NCBI GenBank assembly: GCA_004431415.1
Contig: QPMI01000305.1
Coordinates: forward strand, 1-51,569
DNA length: 51,569 nucleotides
From: Cyanophora paradoxa CCMP329
Lineage: Eukaryota > Plantae > Glaucophyta
Reading direction: 5' to 3'
Shown: piece after piece, positions 41,647 through 51,569 of the stretch
Layout: every line of letters begins with the position of its first letter
Position numbering within the stretch: position 1 is the first letter of the stretch
Made by a program: the position numbers and the translations under genes
Notes under the pieces: model-generated
Told to the model about the DNA's origin: nothing
The model's database searches: none
The model's input: the letters and a program-made list of their open reading frames with translations, nothing else

Positions 41647-42271
41647 CCCCGCCCCGCCTCCAGCTCTGCTCACGCGGGGCGGGCAGGCGCGGCGGGCGCT
41701 GGCGCAGCTGGAGCCGCTGGCCCCCGCCGGCCCCGCCCCCGTCTACAACGCCGCCGCCCTCCTCCAGTCCGCCCCCGCGCCCTGCGCATGCCGGGCCGCA
41801 AAGAGCGTGCGCGGTCGGCCGCCGACGCGAGGCGCGGGTCGCAGGGGGCAGGAGGCGGTGGGGCGGATGGGGCGGCACTGGGGGGAGCTGGACGGGGAGC
41901 TGGGGCGGCGGGTGCGGGCCTTCCTCCGCCACGGCCCTCAACGGCGCCGTCTTCCGAAGTTCGATATACCCGAGCTCCGCCGCAGCGGCGCCTCTTCCTA
42001 CCGGTCACGGAGTCCGCCAGCGACCTTGCCCCTGCCCTGGCACCCCGGGCCCGACGCGGCACGGCGCAAATCCGGACCCTCACTGCGGCGAACTCGCGCG
42101 GTTGTCAAAAGATCCGAAATCGAAATTAAACAATCCGCGCAAGCTCAAGATATTTATATACACGCATGGCACAGTATCGATCGCATGGCTAGTGCGGTGC
42201 CCTCAAAATCACATGTACAGCTGCAAGTCATCCGCGATCAACTCGCGATCGTCCGGATCCGTCCCTCGTGA
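41561..42271 (+). CDS. Possible short or fragmentary gene, hypothetical
   Basis: Exon-like pieces (ARRALAQLEPLAPAGPAPVYNAAALLQ; EAVGRMGRHWGELDGELGRRVRAFLRHG) separated by C-rich/G-rich intron-like DNA with a 38-nt poly-C. The first junction does not phase cleanly, so this may be a pseudogene. Confidence 0.3.
41608..41645. repeat. Poly-C homopolymer (38 nt)
   Basis: Uninterrupted C run; a 21-nt G run also occurs at 4077-4097. Confidence 0.95.
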
Positions 42272-42276
42272 TCGGA

Positions 42277-45200
42277 TCATGAGCCCTTCGATTCGCCGTC
42301 ATCCGTCCCCCGGTCCGCCGCCGGCCCTCGCGATCGCTGCCTCTTCACATTCCGCCGGCGGTTCTTCGCCCGCTTCCGCTCCCTTTGCTTCTCCCTCCTC
42401 CGCTCTTCGCGCTTCCTCTCTCGCTCTTCGCGTTGCCTCTCCCACACCTGCGATCAGAGAAATAGAATAGGAGAGCGATCAGAGAATGAGGAACGAGAAG
42501 AGGGAGTGGGCGGAGGCCAGATAAATTTGCAGGCCTTGAATTCGAGCTCGTCGATGACAACGGTCGACGACCGTGAGCGCCCCTTGAAAAGGCCCTTGAC
42601 ACTCTCGCCCAGACAGCCGGTAATTGTGACGGAGACCTCGGTGCTAAGACCATCCCGCAAAATCTGATCACGATCATGAGGCCGGGGACGGGTCAGTGCT
42701 AGCACTCTAGATCTTCAACTTTTTGTAGCTGATATTTTTTATTAATGCCTAGGCAAGGGCCGCCGCGGCGCCGGCGACAAGAACGTGATACCAACCACAA
42801 TGTTTGAAAGGTGATCGTGTATATCGCGAGCTCTCGCCGCTCAAGCGAGCTCGCACCTCGTACGGGGGCACCGGCTGGGGGGCGAGCTCGCGAGAAGAGG
42901 ATCCGGAGTCGTGCGAGACGTCGACCGAGATTGTGAGGCACTCGAGGGCCGGCAGCGCCACGATCGCCTCCGCCTCGGCCTCGGAGAGCGGGCGGCTCGT
43001 GTACAGCTGAAGGCCGAAGGTTATGAGCGACCGACGCGCGACATCGCTGCAAAGAAACTCGACGATGCTCTCCGGGTCCGTGGCGAGGCCTGCGATCGCG
43101 AGTACATATAAATATAAATACGGTCTGCATGCGGGCTGCTCTAGAGCGTACAAAGGCCGTACAGCTGCAGGGCTCACTTTTGGACGCCACATTTAATGAC
43201 AGCGACTTCAGGTGCCGCATGCTGGAGATGGCCCCCGCAAAATCGCGCAGGGCCGTCGGTTCGATGCGAAGCGCCAAGCGTGTGTAGGCGCGTTGCACGG
43301 CCGTGCTCTTGAGAAGCGCCACGACCTCGTCCGAACATGTGGCCGGAAGCCCTGGGATCGGATGAATTCGCGCTTAATCTCGATAAGAGGGCGGTTTAGC
43401 TATATATTATACCGAGGAGATCCATCCTCAGGAACTCCAATTCGGGTAGACTGGAGAGTGCCTCCGCGAGGGCACGCAGCTGCTGAAGAGGCAGCTGCGG
43501 GTTGCTGTCGACCTCCAACCCGATATGGATTTCCCGCAGGCGCCTGACGCATTGAAGGGCCAGGATCGCTTCAGGAGCCATTGTATCAAAATTCTGTACC
43601 AGGACTTCAACGTTAACATCAAACGTCAGCGAAATGATCGTGATCAGGAAAAAACTGGGCACCGGCAGACGCAGTTCCCTGATGGATTCGAGATTTGGCA
43701 TGCGTTCCAGAATGGAAAAGATATCACTGTCACTGCACCCGTGGCCACGATTTACCGTATCAGTACTAATATTAATGGTGCAAATTAAATGCCATCTAAC
43801 TTTAGCATGAAACAGTCAAGGAACGCCATATACCAATATATAGTTAAAATTGACAGATACAGAGGGGAACGCCATAATCGCCGACACATATCAATGGCCA
43901 GGGCCAGGCCAGGGGCACATGATATATACAAAGTTGATCACGATCGCGAGCGCGAGAGCATGTAAACGAACGTTAACGCGTTATATAATCATTTATATTA
44001 TCAATCATGACCAATCTATCATCGGATATTATAATCATTATAATTATATATGAGCTAAAACGCACCAGATTATCCATGTGTGCAAATAAAAGTAGATGCT
44101 TCGGAGGGTCTTCCCGGCGGCGCCGTGTGCAAGCTTCTGGAGGCCATCGTTGACGACAACTCGGCTTCCGTCGTCGTCCATAAGGTGGGTGAGGGCGTCG
44201 GGATACTCGAGCACTGCGTGCTCGAGGAACGCCAGTGGCGCCAGGGCCGCCAGTATGTCCGACCCGCCATACATCAGCTCGCCCCAATCGTGGCCGGCTC
44301 GCCTTTCCGATGTCTTTGCCTGGAGGCGGATGTCGCGGAGGTTGGGGCAGGCGGCGACGACGACCGCTGCGGCTCTGACTTGCTCGACGAAGATGCCGAG
44401 CGATCGGAGCGCGCCGAAGGGGGCGAGGAACATTTTCAGCTCGGAGGCCGACGCCGACGGCCAGCATTCCCACTCTCCTTCATAGCTGCTGCGGTCGAGG
44501 CAGATGCTGAGGCTCTCCAGGAGGCTGGTCGCCCCCTCCTTGGGTTCCAGCGCGCACAGCACCTCGAGCACCAGGTCGCGTAGGAAATGCTTGTCCGTGT
44601 CATCGTCGACGTCGAGCCATCCCATCGATCCTGTGAGCACCTCGATATCGACCTTTTGTGGCTGCGTAATGGCTTCGAGGAGGCTGCACACGTCCTCGAC
44701 CGTGTGCTCAGACGCGCTATACAGCTTGATCGAGACGCTGGCGCCGCTGCCGAGCTGTAGCTTTCCCTCCTCGATGAGCGAAACGAGGGAATCACATACG
44801 TCCGCGCCGTCGAGCTCCAGCTCGAGGCTCGCCGGCGCCCATTCCTTCTCCTCTATCAGCCGCCGGAACCGCCTGCGATCGCATTTCGAATTTCGAAATC
44901 GATCGCGAGTGCTAGAAGAGCGCTAGCGAAATTTAATGCGCAGCAATTTGAGTCTGGCGCCCCGGCCATGGTCATTGATTTGTCTATGCACGCAATTTTT
45001 ATATGTATATAAATATCGATATGACTGCGCATGCGAACCTGCACACGCTGCGCAGGGGCCAGCTCGCACATAGCCCGAGCACTTTGAAAATGGCGACGAC
45101 GACGGCATCTGGCAGTGTGTCGAATTCGCCCATGGCCAGGTATTGCGGATCCAGAGCCGTCGATGGGTCAGCGATCGCGACATCGATATCAATATCGGTG

Positions 45201-45795
45201 GACTCGTAGAAAGCAATTAGCTTGAAGGGATCCTCCTGCGCGCGGTTGGAGGTCTCAGAAATTAAATTGGACGCGTAAAGCGCACGTGCACGGCATCGGA
45301 TATCGTTGTTTTATTTATATGGGCGCTCCGGATCTTTGGCACCTGTTCCACGTCGCGGGAGGACATGATAATCCTACGAACAGAGCCGTCCGGATGGCGG
45401 CGGTCTACCACGACGTCGACGCCGCCCTCGCGGTTCAGGTCCTCCCGCACCGCTAAAATGTCCACAATAGCCGACCGTTTCAACAGATCCTGTACATGTG
45501 CGCAGACGTGCATTCAGAAATGCGTATTCCTGGCGCGGCATGCAATGCTCGTGGCGGCGCGCACCTGGTCTTCCTGGCTCAGAATGTCCGTCTGGCTCGC
45601 AGCGGAGACACGGCCGCCGCGGTCGCGATCGCTCGCTCTGACGACCACCGCGCGGGCGTCCGGCGCCGGCACAGGCGCGGCGATATCGATCGCAAGGGAC
45701 GCTCCCGCAGCTGCCGATGCGCCAAGAGCTGGCTCCTCATGATCAACGCAGGTCCGAGCTCGCTTCGCCGTGCGCTGGTCGTTCGAATGCAACAT
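42277..45795 (-). CDS. Chromo-shadow-like domain + F-box + LRR protein with basic C-terminal tail, 9-10 exons
   Basis: Frame-consistent exons 45795-45565, 45489-45343, 45235-45039, 44872-44066, 43765-43413, 43351-43178, 43089-42857, 42663-42535 and 42447-42277 (GT-AG, last one GC-AG). F-box MGEFDTLPDAVVVAIFKVLGLCASWPLRSVCR|RFRRLI; LRRs (ACPNLRDIRL, MPNLESIRELRL, LPELEFLRM, LPALECLTI). The F-box part could also start at ATG 45133. Confidence 0.68.
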
Positions 45796-45999
45796 CGCTC
45801 GCTGCTCCGTATCCACCGAGAAATTAACATTACACACGCGTTCGCGCCAAGTTAAAGAACGGGCGGCCAGCGCGCACCTCGCAACAAAATGACAGGATGA
45901 CAGGATACAGGATCCGGATGATCTACGCAATTCGAGGGATGATGCCTTTCTTTTTACGCGATATACGAGCTCGAGGGGATCCCGAGGAAAGGAGAAATT

Positions 46000-46076
46000 G
46001 GGGGGGGGGGGGGGGGGAGGGGGGGGAGGGGGGGGGCGAGGCGAGGCGAAAGTATACGTATACGTATACGTATACG
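46000..46076. repeat. G-tract plus (GTATAC)4 palindromic microsatellite
   Basis: Near-pure G tract at 46000-46036, then GTATACGTATACGTATACGTATAC at 46052-46075. Confidence 0.9.
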
Positions 46077-46190
46077 CAAACGTACTCATGGTACCAATTA
46101 ATACTCCAATTTAAGTATATGTTCATCGAAGCCGGCTAGCGCTCCTTAAATGTACTGCGCGCGCCCGGCTCTTTAAATTTACTGATCATG

Positions 46191-46280
46191 ATGCAGCCGA
46201 TGCCGGAGCGCATATCGATCGATCGCATGTGCATATGATCGAGCGAGCGTCTCTGCGACGATCTGCGGCACGAGCTCAGC
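46191..46280 (+). pseudogene. Degenerate upstream duplicate of exon 1 of the 46411 gene
   Basis: Matches 46411-46482 (ATGCAGCCGA..CCGGAGCGCAT..GATCGAGCG..TCTCTGCGACGA..GCGGCACGAGCTCAGC), with a 23-nt insertion, a 4-nt duplication and a deletion. Confidence 0.75.
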
Positions 46281-46410
46281 CGCGATTTTTCCGAGTTCCC
46301 ACCTCTCGAGCTCCGGATCCGATATCCCTCTAGCGCTAGCTCGAGCTCGAGCTCGCGAGTACTAGTCCCCTCTGAACTCCCCAATCGAACGCGCGCTGAC
46401 AACAATATTA

Positions 46411-47220
46411 ATGCAGCCGACTCCGGAGCGCATGATCGAGCGTCTCTGCGACGAGGTGCACACTTTGCGGCACGAGCTCAGCGATCGCACGCGCTCCGAG
46501 GCAAGTTTCGCGCTAAATTCCGGTTTTTCGCCGACTTTCGCGCACAACAAACGGGCCGGCGCCCCCTGCACGCAGGAGAAGCACCGGCGACACGAGGCAG
46601 AGCTCTCGGTGCGCTCGTAGCTCTTGTTCGGAATGTATGCGCTTTCAGTCCAAGTTTCAAAGCCTGAGCACATTTTCGCGCCTAAGAATTTTCGCGCGGT
46701 TAGACTGAGCACAAAACCTGAGCTTGAGCGCGATTTCGCGCTCCCGCAGGTGGAGGTCGCGGAGGCGCGCGCGGTCTCGAAGGCGCGCGCGAGCCGGCTG
46801 GAGCAGTGCGAGAGGCGGGTGGCCCAGCTCGCGGCCAGCTGCAGGTCACGATCGGCCTCTTCGACCGAGTCCGGCTCTGATCGCGAGGCGGACACCGATC
46901 GCGAGGTGCGCTCTGTTAATCGGCACCGCCGATCGCGAACACGTCTGGCGAGCCCACGAGCGCGGCGTGCCGCTTTTCCGCAGGCGGCACGCGTGATCGC
47001 GACATCGATGGGGCCGGAGGAGGTTGCGCGGCGGGCGGAGCGGCTGGGGCGGGAGGTGGGGGAGCTGCTGGGGCGGGTGGCGGCGGAGGGGGCGCGGGCG
47101 CGGGCCCTCGGGGACCAGGCGATCGACGCCCTCGTCCAGCTGCGCCTCCTCCAGCGCCTCCCGCCCTCGCCCCCGCCCCCCGCCCCCGCCCAGCCCGGCC
47201 CTCTGCTCCCCTGGTTCTAG
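46411..47220 (+). CDS. Hypothetical coiled-coil protein, 4 exons
   Basis: MQPTPERMIERLCDEVHTLRHELSDRTRSE|EKHRRHEAELS|VEVAEARAVSKARASRLEQCERRVAQL...DRE|AARVIATSMGPEEVARRAERLGREVGELL...LLPWF*. Introns 46501-46576 (GC-AG), 46609-46749 and 46906-46983 are all phase 0. Confidence 0.6.
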
Positions 47221-47336
47221 GCTGCGCAAGCGCTCGCCGGACGCTGTGCCATGAATTTAAATTCGAGTTGCGAGGTTGAGCGTGTTCCAACGGCAGTCGC
47301 TTTAGGCGGCGGGGAGGGGGGCGGGAGGGCGGCCTC

Positions 47337-50300
47337 TTAGTCGTCGTCGTCGCCGCCGCCGCCGTCGCCGTCGCCGTCGCCGTCGGCGGCGTCGAAGGCC
47401 TCGAGGGGTGTCTCCTCCGCCGGCTCCCCCGCGGGGGCGCCCGCCGCCGCCGGCCCCGCCCCCGCGCCAGTCGGCGAGGCGGCGAACTGGCGCACCACCG
47501 GCCGCCCGGCGACGCCTCCTCCTCCTCCCCTCCTCCGCCTCGCCCTCGCCCTCCTCCTCGTCGCTGCTGGTGCCGCTCTCGTCGGAGGAGGAGGAGGCGG
47601 CGGCGTCGCTGGCGGGGCCGGCGTGGGCGGCCCGAGGAGGACGGCGGGGCGGCCGCCGTGGGCGTCGGCGGCGGAGGAGGCGTCCGACGCGATCGTCCGC
47701 GTCGACGTCTCCGCCGTCAGGCTCCGGCTCGAGCCCTCCGGCGCCCCCGCCCCCGACGCCCCCCGCGGCAGCGCCCCGCGCGGCGGGCTCGCGCCCTCCG
47801 GGCCGCCCTCCGGCGGGGCCTGCACGCGCGCCCCGGCCTCCGGCTCAGGCTGCGGCTGCGGCGACTGCGGGGCGGGGCGCGGCGGCGGCGGCAGGCGAGG
47901 CCGGGGCGGCGGGCTTGGCCGGGCTCGGGCCGGCGGGGCCGTCAGCGGGGCCGGCCGCGGGACCGGCTGCGGGCCGGCTGCGGGGCGGGGGCCGGCTCGG
48001 CTGCGCGGGGCGCCGGCGCGGGCGGCTTCGGGGCGACGGCGCCTGCTCCGCCTTCGGGGCGAGGCCGCCGCGCCGGCCGCCGCCGCGCCCGCCGCCGCCG
48101 GCGAGGCCGGCGCCGCGGCGGCAGGGGCAGGGCGGCCGCGGCGGTGCAGCAGCGGCGGGGCGGGGGCCGGGGCGGGCTTGGCGGGGAGGGCGGGGCGGGG
48201 GCTGCGGGGGCGGAACGCGGATGCGAACGACGACGGGGGGCGGGGGCCGGGGCGGGGCGGGGCGGGCGGGGCGGGGTGCGGGAGGCCGGCGGCGTCGCGG
48301 GCGCGGCGGACGATGAGCTCGGAGGGGGCCCGAGGGGCAGGTAGCCCGGCGGGGCGGCGCGGCGGCGCGGACGCGCTCGAGGAGGCGCCCGTGCTCCGCG
48401 AAGACCGTCCGGCACTGCTCGTCGGTCATCTTCTCGGCGGGACCTGCCGCAGCAGCCCGCGAGCCTCTCCCGGCTCCGCAGCGCGTGCTCCACCGCCCGG
48501 TACGCCGCGTCCACCGCCGCCGCCTCCGCCCGCAGCGGCGGCGCGTCGGGGCGGGGGCGGCGCCGGGCGGGGCGGGGCCGGGGGCGCCCCATGAGGGCGG
48601 TGGCGCGGAGGGCGGGGAAGAGGGCGCGCTGGAGCGGCTCGGGCGCGAAGACGGCGAGGCGGCCGAGGGCGGCCGCCGCCGCGTTGCGCTCCTCGGGGGC
48701 CGCCGCCGCGTCCCGCGCCGCATCCTCCAGCGCCGCCGCGAGGGCCGCCAGCCGCTTCCCCGCCCGCGCCTCCTCCGCGGGGGGCGCCCCGGGGCCGAAG
48801 GCGGCCTCGACGGGCCCCGGGGCGGCCCCGGCGAGGGCCCACGCGTGCTCCTGCAGGAAGGCGCGGAGGCGGGGGACGAGGGCGGCGCGGGCGGCGGCGG
48901 CGGGGAGGGCGGGCCGCGGGGCGGGCGGGCGGCGTGGAGCATGCGGAGGATGGCGTCGAGGAGGGGCGGGCCCAGGCGCGGCTCCACCACCAGCTGGGTC
49001 CCCCAGCTCGCCGTCTGCGAGCCAGCCTCAGCGGGGTCGCTCGGGCGGGGCGGGGCGGGGCGGGGCGGGGCGAGCCATGCGGTCGGCGCTGAAGCGCTCC
49101 GGGGCGCGGACGAAGAAGTCGAGGTAGACGGGGGCGAAGTGCGGCGCCGCGCTCGCCCCCTCCCGGCACCGCTCGCACACCGCGTTCACTGCAGCGGGCG
49201 CCCCGTCGGGGGGCGGGTGGGCGGTCGGGGGGTACGGGGGCGCACGGAGCTCCTCGAGGGCCTCGGCGGGGAGGATGCCGGTGAGGATCTCCTCCCGCAG
49301 CGCCCCCGCCGCCCGCTCCGCCGGCGGGCCCGCCGAGTGGGCCATCCACACGGCCGCGCGCAGCGCCTGCAGCCGCGCCGCCGCGTCCTCCGAAGCGAAC
49401 AGGCGGCGCAGCGGGCCCCAGAGGGGCTCGAGGGGCCCCCGCGGGGCCCGGCGGCCCCGCGAGGGCCACCGCCGCGAGGTACGAGCGCGCCAGCGACGCC
49501 ACAGTGCGGCACGCCTGCCGCCCGGCCCTTAAAGGCCCGGCGGGGGGCGGCGCGGGCGGCGGGCCGGCGGGGGCGGCGCACGGCGTGGCGGAGCGGGGCG
49601 GCGCGGAGGGCGGAGGGGCGCCCGCCGCCGCCGAAGGGGACGCCCTGCAGCGCCTGCGGGGACGTCAGCGGCGTCCGCCTCGGGGAGGGGCGGGCGGGGG
49701 GGTCCGGGGCGGGCGTTGTGGAGGCGGTAGACGATGCGGGCGAGGGTCGGGTGCGGGCTCCCGCGCTCGTCGAGGGGCATCCAGAGGGGGCACCCGTGGG
49801 CCCGCCCCAGCGCCTCCGCCGCCTCGAGGAAGACGCGCTCCTCGCGGTCTCCCGCAAGCGCTGCCAGCACGCCGAAGGCGTCGCCCGCGCGGCCGGCGGC
49901 GGCGCCCCGGGCCCCCCGCCGCCGCCAGCACCTGCGCCCCGTAAGCTGCGGGGCGGGCGGGGCGGGGCGGGGCGGGGCGGCGGGGCGCGGGCACGTGGCC
50001 GGCGAGCTTGGCGATGTAGACGCGGGCGAGGGTGTCCCCCGCGGCCCCCGCGGGGGGCGGCGGCGCCAGGCTCCGCCGCGAGGACGACTCCTTCTCTTTG
50101 TCGCCGGCGGCGGGGGCGGCCGCCGGCTCGGCCTCCGGGGCGAGGGGCGGGAGGGCGCGCAGCAGCGGCTCGGCGGCGGCGCGCGGGTCGGCGCGGGCGA
50201 GCTCGCAGGCGAGGGCCGCCGCGTGCCGCGCGGCGAGGCCGTCGGCGCTGCGCAGGGCGGCGGCGACGACGGGGAGGAAGCCGCGCAGGTCCACCGCCGC

Positions 50301-50926
50301 CTCCTCCTCGCCCCGCCGCGAGGCCTCCAGCGCCACGCGCAGCGCCGAGAGCGCCGCCGCCGTCAGCGGCTCGGCCGGCGGCCCGGCGGCCTTCTTGCCG
50401 AAGAGGCCGCCCTTCTTCTTGGCGGCCGCCTCGTCGGGGGCGCGGGCGGCGAGGGCGGCGAAGGCGTGCGCGGGGGTCTGCGCGGGGGCCATCTTCGCGA
50501 GGGTCCGCAGCGCGCTCGCCCGCCGCCCCACGCTTGGCGAGGCGAGGTCCCGCTCCAGCGCCTGCGCCGCCCGCTGCCGCCCCGCGCCCTCGGCGCGCGC
50601 CCCACGGAGTGCTGCCGGGCCGACGAACCGCGCGGTCGAAGGTCTGCAGCTTGCGGAGCAGGAAGTGGACGTAGCGCAGCGTCTTCTTGTCGTCGACATC
50701 GAGCACTGCGGCGGCCACGGCGCGGCGAGTCGGCGATGGGCCCGGGCCTCGCGCTGGCGCAGGGCCGGAACGCACGAGGCACGAGGACATCGAGCGGCAC
50801 CGTGCAGACGCTGAACTGGGCGAGCTCCTGCAGCAGCGCGAGGGCCCGCCCGGACTTCACGCCGGCCTCCTGGAGGGCGACGATGAGCTCCTTCGGCGAC
50901 GCCTGCGCCCGAACGCGGGCCTCCAT
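47337..50926 (-). CDS. TSAUCER/TASH3-like large subunit of the TSET/TPLATE endocytic adaptor complex, multi-exon, with apparent indels
   Basis: Collinear motifs recalled from plant TASH3: DTLARVYIAKL; LAGDREERVFLEA; LARIVYRLHNALQ...PLRHAACRTVASLARS; LQALRAAVWM; EKMTDEQCRTVFAEHGRLLERV...YLPLGP. Start MEARVRAQ at 50926 may extend upstream; stop at 47337. Single-base frameshifts occur in G/C runs near 48320-48355. Confidence 0.72.
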
Positions 50927-51241
50927 GGCTCGCCCCGGGCGCTCGTTCGGCCCGGCGCGACGCTCGCTGTGCGGCGGGCTCGTCGGCAAGCGCGGGCGGC
51001 GCAGCTCTACCCCCGCGGCTTCACTTCCCCCCCTGCTGGCTTCGTTTTGACGCAGGCGTCTCGAGTGCGCATTTGCGTGCTCGTAACGCCCGGAGAGGTG
51101 CGCCTTTGCGACTGCGATGGCTCCCTCGACGCCCCGCGGCCGGCTGCCACGGAGAGTAACCGCCGCCGCCTCTCGGCCCTCTCCCTGACTGAGGGCCGCA
51201 GCCGTCGGACGACCGATCCGAGAGCGGAATCGCAAAGCGCC

Positions 51242-51427
51242 TCACGAAGCGTCGAGCGCTCTGCGCAACCCCTCTCGCGAGCGCGCACCACGCGCGTCAA
51301 CTTGAATTCGCGCGTCGAGCGGCGCCCGCTCTTCGGCGGAGAAGCGACCGCCCAGAACCCTCTTGCAGATGAAATCCACGCGGTCGGCGTCGAAGGCACG
51401 AGCCGCGTCAACGTCGTCCGTCCGCAT
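51242..51427 (-). CDS. Short ORF, or an upstream exon of the TASH3-like gene
   Basis: MRTDDVDAARAFDADRVDFICKRVLGGRFSAEERAPLDARIQVDAR, followed by a GTGCGC donor-like site; linkage unresolved. Confidence 0.25.
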   Translation of the reverse strand: MRTDDVDAARAFDADRVDFICKRVLGGRFSAEERAPLDARIQVDARGARSREGLRRALDAS

Positions 51428-51569
51428 CGCGGCGAGCGAGCCGGGCAGCTCCAGCGAGAACGAGGCGGGCGGGCCGAGCGCCGCCCCGAGGGCGAAGACT
51501 CGCAGAGCGCAGCGCGAACAGAAGGCACACACGCGCGCAGATCCAGCCGATGACGGTCCGCCCGCCCGG

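Noticed and set aside
42277-45235. First read as a pseudogene disrupted by insertions with a 5-bp target duplication (GCAGG at 44872 and 45038)
   Set aside because: The flanks are ordinary AG|GT...CAG|G splice sites, and removing all such segments restores one frame.
48320-48355. Apparent frameshifts in the TASH3-like gene, suggesting programmed frameshifting, editing or pseudogenisation
   Set aside because: They fall in G/C runs with no AG for a micro-intron. Homopolymer assembly error is the simplest explanation; raw reads would settle it.

Overview
Gene-dense, very GC-rich eukaryotic nuclear DNA. About 20 spliced protein-coding genes are broken by many short (~55-110 nt) spliceosomal introns, so most entries in the six-frame ORF track are intron read-throughs or antisense shadows. 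Genes rebuilt by hand, left to right: EF-hand/WD40 protein (3'-partial), RPS27, a TPR protein with Q/M/G-rich ends, two hypotheticals (one with a plastid-transit-like N-terminus), two F-box/LRR genes, a small LEA-like protein, a membrane-anchored S8/S53-like protease, ESCO/Eco1, SAR1, B9D2, two convergent NTMT1-like methyltransferases that both carry N-terminal signal anchors, a pecanex (PCNX4-like) gene, a lower-GC island with a spliceable chromo-shadow-like + F-box + LRR gene, a coiled-coil gene, and a TASH3/TSAUCER-like TSET subunit. B9D2 points to a flagellated protist or alga; a glaucophyte such as Cyanophora is a guess from composition and gene style, not demonstrated. Most unusual signals: (1) the chromo-shadow/F-box/LRR fusion; (2) secretory-pathway-type NTMT1 paralogs; (3) frequent GC-AG introns with a C-rich 5' half, G-rich 3' half and no polypyrimidine tract; (4) chains of overlapping short palindromes, one visibly inserted into one copy of a local duplication; (5) a bacterial-type protease with Glu at the catalytic His position. 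No tRNA, rRNA, CRISPR array or recognisable transposase was seen. Family assignments rest on recalled motifs, not database searches, and gene models lack transcript support.
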